Assembly (NCBI GenBank): GCA_030704615.1
Contig: CM060732.1
Location: forward strand, 51,274,001 to 51,338,000
Direction: 5' to 3'
DNA length: 64,000 bases
Origin: Takakia lepidozioides
Lineage: Eukaryota; Plantae; Bryophyta
Below are positions 1 to 11,970 of this stretch, piece after piece (within the stretch, counting starts at the first letter, position 1; each line of letters opens with the position of its first letter). A model generated the notes under the pieces. That model saw only the letters and a program-made list of their open reading frames with translations. It was not told where the DNA came from and did no database searches. A program made the position numbers and the translations under genes.

Positions 1-585
1 TACATTGGGTTTATATTGCCAGATGTTGTATATGGTGGCATTTTTACATGTAACATGGAGTGTGTCAAAATGCAGCTTCATGTTTTGTCTTTTGTTGGTG
101 AAGAAGATGCTCGCGATGTTGCATTTCCCCATTAAATCCCTCAAGGCATTGCAAACATCGTTCTGTGATGTAGTAATCCTGATATGTCTAACAATAACTG
201 TTAACGCCTCTCATTCTGCCTTGAGTGTCTTGGGCGGAATATTTTGTCTGTTTAGGCTTTCGAACCTTTCGGATACTTCAAGTATCTCATGTTCGTGACG
301 TACTCCATGAGCAAGAGAGAGAGATCGGGTTTCTTCAGACGCTGTATGGAGAAATCCAAAGTTGGTTTTCGAGGTCCTCACCTGCATTGTACGATTCATA
401 GATGATGTTTGCTTTGAATTGCGTTCTAGGCACTCCCTCCATGGTAGCGCCTTTTTTATAACCTGTAACCCCAATGCAAAGCATCGCGCCCATATGAGCT
501 TCAACGAGGAGCTACAAATAATGAAGACAACGCAAGAATCCATAGCTGGGAGCTCTGCTCGACGAGACAAACTGTAGTCGAACAC
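1..585 (-). pseudogene. Decayed ORF running off the window edge, possibly RRM-like (non-LTR ORF1-like)
   Basis: The 124-aa ORF 585-211 continues in frame past a TGA as EALTVIVRHIRITTSQNDVCNALRDLMGKCNIASIFF..., a beta-alpha-beta pattern reminiscent of an RRM. Family assignment is a guess. Confidence 0.25.
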
Positions 586-1017
586 AAAGCGCGCGAAACC
601 ACAGAGGGGCGAGTGAGGTGCTGCCGCCTAGCACTCCATGTCGGATGGCTGCTATTGTCCGCACGGACGGACATGCAGCCCATCGCCGCAAAGTAATGCC
701 AGTGACCTGCCACGTCGGCAAGTCAACTGCGCTGGAGGATCCCAACCATGGATTTTGGGGTACTTGCTACAGTGAAAAAATCCTAGCTGCTGCACATTTA
801 GGTTTTTGGGGGCGCAATAAATTGCCCCATGTATGTGTTGGGCTAGCGCACATTTTTTGTCAGACATTTTTAAATCTCATCCACGGGAGTTATCTTGTGC
901 ATGAAATTGGGATCGACTTGATTCAGGTCGCTTGGGCCTAAGCTTAAAAAACCCAAAAAATAAAATATAAAAATATAAGTTTTTTTCAAATTTTCAAAGA
1001 AATTTAAACATATCGGG

Positions 1018-1709
1018 AAGCTAATGATGTCAACGTCAGCTGAAGCCAAAATAATAATAACAATAATAATAATAATAATTTATTTTTCAAACGTAAATTA
1101 ATTTAATGATGCCCTCAAGCTGATGGCATCAATGCCATCCAGAGTGAATAATAATAATAATAATAATAATAACTTTAAATATAAATTATTTTAAGCATAC
1201 ATTCATGCTAACAGCGTTCACGTCATCCGAAGCAAAAACAAAAATTTAACTCTTGCTTGAATCAATTGTTTTCCATATCAGCATGTGATATTCAATTAAG
1301 TATGTTTCTCAACTTCGTTAAGAAATGTTGGATGCTTTCAAAAAATGCATGGTGGGCAACGGGAGTTTGGTTGCACATGCTTATATTTAAAACTGGGGCA
1401 CCAGATTCCATGTACCCATATGAGTTTTACTAAGATATTGGGGAAGGCAGCACAATTGCCTCATTGTTTCTTTTTTAAGGAGTCTAGGTCAAAGCCATTT
1501 TTGCTCATGTAAAACTTTTAAGGATCTCGAGCTACAGTGGCTCTAACCCAGGGGTGTCAATTATGCAAATTGAAATGCTTGAGAAAAACCCGAAATATTC
1601 TTTAAATCATATCCCAAAGTAATAAGACTCAGTTGTTTTTCCTCGGCTCTTTTGTCTGCATTAAGAAATAGTTCAAGCTATTGACATTAACTCAATCCAT
1701 AAATATATG

Positions 1710-1749
<40 letters not shown>

Positions 1750-2746
1750 CTCTCTCTCTTTTTAAATAAATTCAATTAATTTAAGCATACTTTTAAGCTG
1801 ATAGAGTCACCAACATCCATATACGAAATTAGAAAAAACAAATGTTTTCTAAAATTCAGAAGGAAAAAAAAACAAAACAAAACAAAACAAAAAAAAAAAC
1901 TGTATATCTTTAAGCTGATGGCGTCAAAGCCATCCAGAGTGCAAAATTAAGTAAATAAATTAAAAAATAAATTTTATTTTTCAAATCAACTTAAACATGA
2001 CGGCGTCAACGTCATCCGGAATAAAATATTTTTATTTATTTTTAAAAAATTCAAATAAATTGAAGTATTCTCTTAAGCTGATGCGTCAACCCTATCTAGA
2101 GCCAAAAACAAACAAAATAAAATATTTAAAATTTTGTTAAATTAGATTCTAAAACATTTAAGCATACCTTGACCCCGATGGCATCAATGCCATCCAGAGC
2201 CCATGAAAAAATTAAAAATTAAAACAAATTTTAAGCTTTTTCTCCAAAAAAATAAAATAAATTTAAGCATACCTTGAAGCTGATGATATCAATGCCATCT
2301 TTAAATGTTAATTAATTTAAGTATACCTTAAAATTGATAACGTCAACCCCGTCCGGAGTTTTTAAAAACAATACTATTATTATTATTATGGCATCATCTT
2401 GTGATTAATAAATTAATTAATTAATAAAAATTCTATTTTATATTTAAAAAATCAAATAAACCTAAGCATAGCTTAAAGCTAATGGTGTCAACGCCGTCCG
2501 GAGCCATAATAGATAATAATAATAATCTTGATTGTGTTAGAAAACTTCAAATAAATTTAATGATACCTTGGAGCTAATGGCGTCAATGCTATCCGGAGCC
2601 CAAAGAAAAACAATAAAAAATATAATTTAAAAAAAATAAACCTTGAAGTTGATGGAATCAACGACATCTGGAGCAATATTTTTTTTAATAATCAAATAAA
2701 TATAAACATACCTTTGAAGCTAATAACGTCAACGCAAATCGGAGTG
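1018..2746 (+). repeat. Array of ~14 degenerate hairpin repeats (consensus ~AAGCTGATGGCGTCAACGCCATCCGGAG) separated by A/T-rich spacers
   Basis: Copies near 1018, 1117, 1206, 1795, 1912, 1997, 2075, 2172, 2277, 2331, 2476, 2571, 2646, 2717, often preceded by TTAAGCATACCTT. Core GATGGCGT-CA-ACGCCATC is a palindrome. Confidence 0.85.
1708..1757. repeat. (TA)n(TC)n microsatellite
   Basis: Directly visible dinucleotide run. Confidence 0.9.
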
Positions 2747-3562
2747 AAAAATAAGTAATATTTTTTAAACCAATTAAATAAATAGGGACTGCGAGTGCTG
2801 ACAGTCCCATATATTTTAAAGATTCGTTCAAATCTCTATCCAAGTGATCTATGGGTTGATTAATTGAAGTCTCTTCCGTTTCTTCTTCAGACGTTGTTAC
2901 TTGGACTATACTTCTTGGTAATTGACATAGAGGACAACATCTAGATATGTCATATGCAGACTGTCATTTCAGATGAATTTCTGCTAGCGACTCAAGCGTG
3001 AAATATCCTAAAAATGAAGATTCACAATAGCCTGGCCACCTGGTGTAGAATCGGAAGAACTCTACAATTGGCGTCGTATAAGCCTCCGGTCTAGGAGGCC
3101 CTACGTTTGCCGCGATCCAATCACCTCGATATTCCTCAGCAATCTTGAGGATCTTGCTCAAACAACGATGGGTGATTTCCCTCTCATCCTCGGGATCTCA
3201 TTCTCCCAAATGACATGAGGATATGGTGCGATAATGTCTCTACACTCTCCTCTAAAATGATACAAAAAATCGATCGTGCGCTATCATCTTCTTTCCTCAA
3301 AGCCATTTTCAATTGTTAAGAATATTACGTAAAATATTTTATTATTACAATAAACAAGATATTTAAGGATCTAAAAACGGCTAGTCTAGCTCCCGACAGA
3401 CGCACCAAATGGGACTGTCAGCACTGGTAGGAGCAATTTATATTTATTATATCTTCAAAATATATGGGACCGTCAGCACTGACAGTCCATATTCTATTTA
3501 ATACATTTAATTGATTTAAAAATATTATTACTTTTCACTCCGATTGACGTTGACATCATCAG
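2718..3562. repeat. ~105-bp imperfect inverted repeat pair (2718-2822 / 3452-3562) enclosing a decayed minus-strand ORF
   Basis: The reverse complement of 3452-3562 aligns to 2718-2822 (CGGAGTGAAAA...TAATA...GGACTG.CAGTGCTGAC.GTCCCATATATTTT). Confidence 0.75.
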
Positions 3563-5245
3563 AGGCTGTCATCCGTGCTCTCCGTTTCGAAACTTTTCTC
3601 GACCTTTTATTGTACGGGATTTCCATCTGACCGAGTTAGAATGAAGCCCTGATTGCCAAGCAATAGGTTTATGTCATCTTCCGTGGATGCTTAAGGCAAA
3701 CTTTGATAAGTTCTAACCATACCGTTGGAGCCTTTCTTTGGGCAAATGTAGATATCCGGTTGAATACCTCATCACCGAGGAGTATGCGTACGAGAAGCGT
3801 GCCTTGGTTTCTGCTGTAACTTCTAAGCATTTCATATCTATTTTTTTAAATTAATATATATATATATATTATTACACATATATATATAATAAAAATAGCT
3901 AATGAAATGTAAAAAAATTACTAATATATTTTTATCTCTTGTATACAGTTTAGACAAATTAAAAATATAGCTCAAAGTTACATTACCTCTAGCCAGAGTC
4001 TTTCTCATTTTTATAATGAAAATAATTTTATTAACTGATTAAATATATTCTTAATTTAAAATTAACAATATAGAGGTCGTCAGAAAGCCGCAGCGTCAGC
4101 CAGCCTTCCTCCATGCATTTCGATCAACGTGGGGGACGTTTGGGATTGTTTGTGAATGCTCTCATGAACTCTCATGTGTGTGGCCTAACAGAATCCCCGA
4201 GGGTTTGTTGGTTGTTGGGGTGTAGTGTAGATGATCTTTTACAACCACCCCTTCCTCATTCTATCGGAAATATACGCAGGTACCACCGCCGATGTTCTAT
4301 GGCTGTGAGAAGGGCTCGGCAGCCGAACGAATCTTCCTGATTATCCAGTTTCATTATATTAGTGTTACTGAGCTGGTTTGTATCTGGGGGGTGTTAGTTC
4401 TAATCCGGGATTTATATACCATTTCTGAAGCTCATATTTCTTCCAGTTTTGCCTTGAGCCCATGGAGTACCAATCTGGAGTTCATTATCATTAACAGTCC
4501 CAATTCTATGCATGAATGGCTTGACAGATTTCCGGACATACCCAGATCGGTTGAAATTGTAAAGGAAACCAAATAGATATATTTATTAAGGGCTTGTTAA
4601 AACTATAGTATTGACGTTTTTAGTAAACAAAATAAAAATCTATATACAAATTATGTTGCTTAGCAACGGAATTTTGAGTAATATATATTACAGATGATAT
4701 GTACAAATCCAAGGGTGTACGATTGCGTATCATGTAGTTGGAATGGATAAGTGATGAGTTTTGAAGAAAGAATTAGGCGCATCAGAAAGCGATTTTGGCG
4801 AACGAACGATAATATTAAGTCAAGGATAATGATCAAGTTTGGTTGGATATAATATTATCAGATGGACGTCAACAACGATTGTATTGGTGTCGTGACCGGC
4901 CTATGTGGCCCGATTGCGAGTGTCTAGGAATTTATTTGGGAGCCCTACACATGCGATCTTCCATAACAGCTCACATTAGATGGCTGGTTGATTATTTGAC
5001 ACATTGTTTCCAGTGCCGGTATTTTGCAGAACATTAAATAATCCATAGATAGCATTGTAATTATTGTAACCAATCTCTCCCACCAAAAAGCTGCGCGCGG
5101 TATCAGCTTCCCCGGAATTTGAGAGGTCGAAACACATCAGATCTTTCTCGGCTGCCAGACTACACTTTCATATATAAATGTCTAGGGGCTCTCTTACAGA
5201 CTCTGCTCTTCTCTCATTTTCGTCTTATTCAGTTTGTTAAGTCCC

Positions 5246-5606
5246 TGTAACATGGTAGAATCTACAAGGTTCTAGATGGAGGAGGAAAGTTCCCTAGAAG
5301 TTTCCAGAGTTCCTAAGAAGTTTGACTTGAGGCTCTCAAATCAAACCTCTAAGATATTCATATTATGGAGAGTAGGTCAAATCTTTGATAAAGTCATGTT
5401 GTGGAGAATATGTCAAACCTAGGAAGGTTGACTTTATGAAGTTTTGACTTGAGGCTCTCAAGTCAAATCTTTAAAATAATCATATTGTGAAGGGTATATA
5501 AACCTGTAATGAAAGCCTAAAAGGCATCGAGTTGTTTTGGGAAAAAGTTGAGAAGTACTTCTATTCTAGTTTGTGTAGATCCTGGGTGTTACAATGGTGT
5601 CAGAGC
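5246..5606 (+). mobile_element. Orphan 5' LTR (5246-5593) with tRNA-iMet-type primer-binding site
   Basis: TGTAACA...TGTTACA termini. TGGTGTCAGAGC at 5595-5606 is one mismatch from the canonical TGGTATCAGAGC. No internal domain follows. Confidence 0.7.
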
Positions 5607-6554
5607 CTAGTCTTTCTTAAAGTTGGGAGTGAATACCCTCTTTAGGACGATTCGATTAAGATGTTTTTTTTTTAAGAGACTTTTATTATTAATATTTTTA
5701 AGTGTTGAATAGATAGTAATGATGGTGCGTCATAACGATAGTATAAGAATTTTATGGACTTAAATCAACCTCATTTTCGTGATTTTCCTTCGGAGTGTGA
5801 GTTTAAAATTATATGTCATTGTAAGGCAGAAATTAGAGATATGATAGTACAGAAATTTGGAGATGAACAATATCAAGAAGTGTTACAAAACCCACGACTT
5901 GTCGTCTTTCCTATAATTATAAATTGGAATGTATACATATGTGTATATACATAGTTCATGGATCGAGGTAGATATTTTCCGCCTAATTTTCCACCACCAA
6001 ATATATTTAGTATCAATGTGTGCGTCATCGACAAACATAATCTTGTAAGATTTTTAGTTGCAGAATTTGGAATATAATTCATGAATCTTGTCATGAGTTC
6101 AAACGTCCTTTTTGTATTACCAATAGTCACGTACGGGATGGTTTGGGATTGCACTATTTACATACTGTATTAAGATAAGAGAATAAAGATAATATACATT
6201 AATCTTAGAAGACAAACACCACGAAAGAATGAGTAATGAAGCAACACATCTCCCTGTGCCCTGCCACTGCTGGATTCAGCAACATGATCTTGGGTTGCAA
6301 GGTTCACACTGTAGGTCAGTGTCTTGAGTTGCTCAAACATAGCAGCTGTTAATCTAGCAACAAGATGAAATTTGGAGATCAAGGTTTATGTGCCCAAACC
6401 TTTCTTTGTAGGAAAATAGTTTTAATCCTTGTGATTCAGTGGAGGGCTAGCATGATTGCTTGACTGGGAGTGCATCCCTTGTCAGGAAAATGTTGTACTG
6501 GAAATAACCTTGTTGGGTTCTGTATACTTCTTTGTTTCAGACCTTCATTGGGTC

Positions 6555-8878
6555 TGTCAAGGATTGTGATGTGTCGACTACCTTTGTCTGCTTTCTGGCT
6601 TGGTCTGGATTGCAATGAGGCCAGCAGGTTGTACAGTCGTACTTCTTCTACCTTGGATGTGGCTATGACTATCTTCATTTGAACATTGTCCGTTACTCAA
6701 ATTCGAGTTCATAGTGTATTAGGCTCCCACTGTCGGATTTCCTTACATAAACCGAGTGTGACATTCACCTTGACATGGTATAAACCTTGACTTGGGACTT
6801 AATCATGTTTGAGGCCACCTAGTTGTTCTCGCCACATGGGCGTTGAGTAGAGTTTACATGTGGCCCTTGTGGCGATTTGGGAAAAATGAAAACAAAATCA
6901 AAACACTATATGTTTTCGATCGCACGGACATCGTGGTGTGAAACCCTTAACCCTAAACCTAACTAATAGCACATAGCTCTCTCTTTCCTGCTGCAACTCT
7001 TGGCGTTTGCCGAGCCTCTGCAATCCGGTCATCATGGGTCGTATGCACAGTGGCGGGTGAGCTCTAGCTTCTGCTGGCAGGCTTGCGTGTGTGTTTCTAT
7101 AATTTGTTGATCACAAGGGTGAATGTCTGTTGTGTTAAGCTGTTGCTTTGTCTGACGTGTAGGAAGGGTATGTCCTCGTCAGCCCTACCTTACAAGAGAA
7201 CTCCATTCGGCTGGCTGAAGATCACATCCCAGGAGGTGGGTCACTTGTGAGATTTCGTTCATGAGTGATCCATCAGACGGTGTGTATAATGGAGCGCTTA
7301 CACAAATTGCAAAATGTCATTGTCACGACCCAACAACAAAATATTGTGTTGATGGAGGAGCTTAAACAAGTGAGACAATCAACCACCCCACGACTGGTTG
7401 CTGGTGGGTCGGATATGTTACTGCAAAAGATGACCAAGATGTGCAAGGTCGAGCCGTATGAAGGAAGTCGTGCCATGGGAGTGCTAGAAAGATGAATTTA
7501 TCGAATGGAGGTACATCTGTATTTCCCTACATCAAGCGATTTGGACCATGGAATGTTCATACGATCTTTTCTACTCGACAATGCTTCAACATGGTTACAG
7601 ACATGGGAGAGAAGACAGATTGCAAAAGGAGAACCTTTACTATACCTTGAAAGCGGGACTGCTCCAATAATTCAAGGCAGTAGCTGCTGTTACAACTGCT
7701 CGAATAAAATTATGGAATTTGGAACAACGTGGGAGTGTGCAAAATTACATTGAAGATTTTTTGAATCTTCAAGTCCAAATCGAAAACATAACTCCTGTAG
7801 AAGCTTTAGACAACTTCAAAAGAGGATTGAAGAAGAAAATTCAAGGAGAGGTAATTTTACGCAATCCGGTTGATGCCCACGAAACAATTTCATTGGCCCA
7901 AAAGATTGAAGGGACGCTACCAAGATACGACGAAGGTATACACGTTCCATTGAACCAGTACGGACCAACGCCTATGGAGCTTGGAAATCTTCGAAGACAT
8001 GATAACTTCCAATACTTTCAAAGAATCAGATTTGGAGAAAATAACACACAACGGCGAATGAAATTGAATGACAAGGATGTGACCTCCTCAACATTCTCAC
8101 GAACAGAAAGACAAAGGGAAATTAGACAATGTTACAACTGTGAAAATACGGACATCTTGCGGCCAACTGCCGAAGTGGAAGGTACAATCGACAAACTTAT
8201 CGAAGACCTCTTGACAGTTTAAGGAGAGGAGAAGATAACGAACATCACAATGAGCAAGAAAACGAGGACAACCAGTAGTAGACCTCGCGGTCTTACTGGT
8301 TCTACAAAGAAAAGAAAAGGCAAAGGGCCATACAAGGAGAAGAGACAAATCATTCATGCGGGCAATAAAGAGACGCAGTTAATTGTGGCAGATGGAACCT
8401 TGGAAGGTATTCATGTGAGAGTGTTGATAGACCATGGGGCAACAGAAAACTTCTTATCTAGAAATGTTGTCTTGAAACTAGTCCTCTTCGAAAAGGATGA
8501 AAGAGATGAAGTAGAAATGTCAAATGGACATATAGAGGCCATTGAGACTATACTTAAAAGCATAGAGTTGTCGATCGGTAAATATAGAGTAGCCTTAGAA
8601 TAACGAGTGGTCAAACTGGCTCAATATGACGTAATATTAGGCATGCCTTGGATGGAATCTCACAACCCCGATGTTGATTGACAACGAAAGATAGTCAAAA
8701 CCCAGAATTGGGAAATATGGGGAGATCGAGTGAGGACACCATATCAAAACCTACCATCATTTGTTATAGGTACTACAGCTATATGTAAGAAAGACGTATT
8801 ATTTGTAGGTTTAATAAGAGACGTGGAAAATCCAAAAAAAAAAGTGAGGTCCCTATAGAATTACAGAGTGTATTGAAA
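6555..8878 (+). mobile_element. Truncated Ty3/gypsy LTR retrotransposon remnant (candidate LTR, gag, protease)
   Basis: Candidate LTR TGTCAAGG(6555)...CCTTGACA(6775) followed by TGGTAT. Frameshifted gag 7265-8222 (QRGSVQNYIEDF, FKRGLK, GPTPMELG, CYNC). Protease VRVLIDHGATENFLS and DVILGMPW at 8250-8660. Cut off at 8878 by a CACTA terminus before RT. Confidence 0.8.
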
Positions 8879-10380
8879 CACTAGAAGCATTCGTGTCTTT
8901 TCCGAATCGACTGCATGTCCGCGACCACTCCGGGAACCACTTGGTAGTAAACAGGACTACTGGAGAGTCGAAACAGACAATGTGGGCCCACGGGGGCATT
9001 TCAGACGGCGGACAGAAGTGGGGTCAACGACTCCGGAGTCGTAGCAGAATTCCGGGCTATTTTACGAATTGCGTAAATACATAAAATTTGAAAAAGCCAA
9101 AATTATAAGTGGTTGTACTTATTGCACATGCGACTACAAATTTCCTTTCCTAATTCGATTAATGGAATAAAGATATTTATTCATTAAAGTGAATATGTAG
9201 TCGACTCAACGACTCCATGAACCACTGCGCATTCATTGCACCCATGATTCGGCATCTGAATTTGGTTCTGAACTACAATCATACTGTAAATATAGGTTTG
9301 TTTACAAGACAGTACGTACCACATTCCGGGACATTATCGATATTATTAACTGTCTCGCCCTTGCGCGCTTGCAGGACTGTACAAAATGGATTCTAAGGAC
9401 AGTAAGAGTCCTTAGCACAGCTCTCGTCTACGAGCTGCCAGCTTAATGGACACTGAGATTCAACTGGGCTCACTATCCGTATCCAAAGAATCTTCCCCTT
9501 CACTGCCCACATCTGCAATTTGCCTTGCAGTAATTACCAACCCTGGAATGTCTTCCTCATTAAAGGTAACTGCTCCTTCCAAAGAGACTGGTTCGGCCGT
9601 ATCTGGTAGATTTTGTGGTTCCCTCATACCCTCGTGGTCGGCATTCTCCCCTAGGTCCAGATCATGGATGTCGGCCACGACTCGTTTGGCCCGGGGGTCC
9701 TTGTGAAGAACCACCTTCCATCCCGGCGCATGGGTGTCATCTGAAAAGAAAACTTGCTCAACTTGCGATGGGAAGATGAATGGCTCTTCATCTTGTGGTA
9801 GCATTTTTCTGAAATCAGCAAGGAGGAACCCGTACTCATCTCGTTTCATGGTGACATTCTCTCCTACCATATTGGCTTTTACCCAAGAACAACGGAATAG
9901 AATTGGCTTCACAAGACCATAGTCTAGTTTAAGGATCTCTTTGATGACTCCTACATATTGCACAGGGCATGAAATTGGATTCCGATCTCATGCACAACTC
10001 CTACTCTCTTGTTCAAAAAATGATGTCACTCCGCTGTCATAAGTCACCAGGAGGCTGGTGTTGGCATCGTCCACTCTATAATGATTGCCATATGCTTTCA
10101 TTGACCGGTACGCCAAAAAGTACGCAGCGGAGAAGGTCCGCCTGAAAACGGATCGGAGTGCATTTGCAAAAGCATGGCGGAGGGGCGGTCGTAGGTGCAG
10201 ATCCCCGGTGGAGTACCCCACAACAATGGAGGAGCTGCAGCCCTTTACAGTGTGGGTCAGATCTGCAATTGCAGTGTACGCATCAGAGAACGAGGACCCA
10301 GATGAGGGCACGGTGAGTCTGTCATTCCCCCCAGGGCTGATTGCCACTCCTTGCATATGCCAACCAGACAATCCGCAAGT
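8879..10380 (-). mobile_element. CACTA/En-Spm DNA transposon remnant (one terminus plus TnpD C-terminal DUF4216-like region)
   Basis: CACTAGAAGC at 8879 with CGACTCCGGAGTCG-type subterminal motifs. ORF 9963-9460 (YVGVIKEILKLDY...LFRCSWV...DEYGF...EEPFIFPSQVEQVFF...GWKVV) is typical of TnpD. Further decayed fragments extend to ~10370. The other terminus was not found. Confidence 0.8.
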
Positions 10381-10832
10381 ATGTTTGACTGACCACTAAA
10401 CATGTCTCAAAAGCTGCAGATCACTTAATTGGTTTCAAAAATCATGAAGAATACTTTATTATTCAAAAGTGAAGAACGAAAACGGAGACATTGTTGGCGT
10501 TTAAATGTACTGTCATGTATGCTTGCCTAAAACTGAGATGAAGGACTATATCATGGTGATTCAGCACATCCCTAGTGAATCTCTTGAAAACTTCTCGGGT
10601 ACCCAGAAAGTGATCATACTGATTATTGTGGGTATTCGGTGGAACCACATGGAGATTCTGAATTGGTTCAAGTACACTCCGGTGTGCCCGTGAAGTATCT
10701 TTCCATTTCTAATGATTCCGAATGGTCGGAACTTACAGTTGACGTAGGTGTGTATTGTGCCAAAAATTGGGCCAATGCAGCCGATCCGGGTCTGAGGTGG
10801 CTAAAGTATCCTATTGGTGGGTATTTTGGGGA

Positions 10833-11277
10833 TGTGAAACTAGCTAGGAAATAGCTAGCTTTTACATATTGACATTTGGGATTGGCCCAAGTGTCAATCC
10901 AGGGGTCAAGGCAGATTTAGGCCCTGGAGTGGTTATCTTCACGGCAAGCACGGGAGGCTCATCTTTCTCGAGTTGAGCCTCACCGCGCCTAGCTATGGCG
11001 CCGTAGTGTGGATTCCCCATGGCGTGGGGTGCACTTGGCTTGACTTGTATTTGAGTGATGAGGTTATATATGCATGAGTTTATGCTTCAGCTTTGTGAGC
11101 TCGCATGAGCTTGTGCTTGTATTCTTCTTCTTTATCACTCGAGAAAGATGAGCCTCCCGCGCTTGCCGTGAAGATAACCACTCCAGGGCCTAAATCTGCC
11201 TTGATCCCTGGATTGACACTTGGGCCAATCCCAAATGTCAATATGTAAAAGCTAGCTATTTCCTAGCTAGTTTCACA
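10833..11277. mobile_element. 445-bp TG...CA element with 141-bp terminal inverted repeats
   Basis: 10833-10973 and 11137-11277 are reverse complements with about 2 mismatches. 163-bp spacer. No TSD seen. Confidence 0.8.
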
Positions 11278-11970
11278 CTAGTGGTAAAATAACTTGACAA
11301 ACTTAAAGCTGCTGACCCGGGAGGAACGTCGCAAAAATATCCTATTGGTGAATAATTGTCCTGATCGTTTGATTCAGGGGAGTAGGTGTCAGGCTCCTCT
11401 GTGGATGGAATTGTAGAAATTGGAGATGATATAACATGAACTCCTTCGGAAGGTCCCGTCATAATAACTGCAGCTCCGCATTCACCTTGTGAGGAGGGTG
11501 AAAGCGTTGTCTTGTGTCCGGTATGTTCCATCTTCTTCTCCTCCTTCAGAACACGAATCCACCACACTGGAAGAATCATCAAGAACTCGTGCTCAGTTAT
11601 AGACTATACAGAATGAGACACGCGAAGAACACGCAATCGCGCGTATTTGGTCCACAGTTTTTCCTCCAATAACGTAAAATCCGATTGTAAGCAACAACGA
11701 GGTTGTTAAGCATGGCAAACAGAATCCATATACATGACTTTGTTCATAGAAGAGTATCCTGACATCTGTTATCCCAAGAAAATTCTTCTGAGGTGTAGGA
11801 ACAGCAGAACCACGTGCGATCGCGCGTTATTGAGTTGAGGAACAAATGAACTAATTTCATCCCAATGGGAGAAGTCTATCGGAAGGATTATTAAAGTACA
11901 TTGAGAACATTGAGGATTATCTAGCTGGGAGTCGTTTTTATTTATATTTAGAGTAAGACTGAAACAAAGA

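Noticed and set aside
1018-2746. True CRISPR array
   Set aside because: Repeats are degenerate, spacers are variable-length low-complexity A/T, there are no cas genes, and the context is eukaryotic.
5620-6170. Possible viral ATPase or Ulp1 fragment (KIMFVDDAH on minus; VVFPII on plus)
   Set aside because: Motifs are too short and the frames are full of stops, so chance resemblance cannot be excluded.
11276-11283. CACTAGTG as the right end of the CACTA element
   Set aside because: It does not match the 8879 TIR beyond 6 nt, has no 3-bp TSD, and overlaps the end of the inverted-repeat element.
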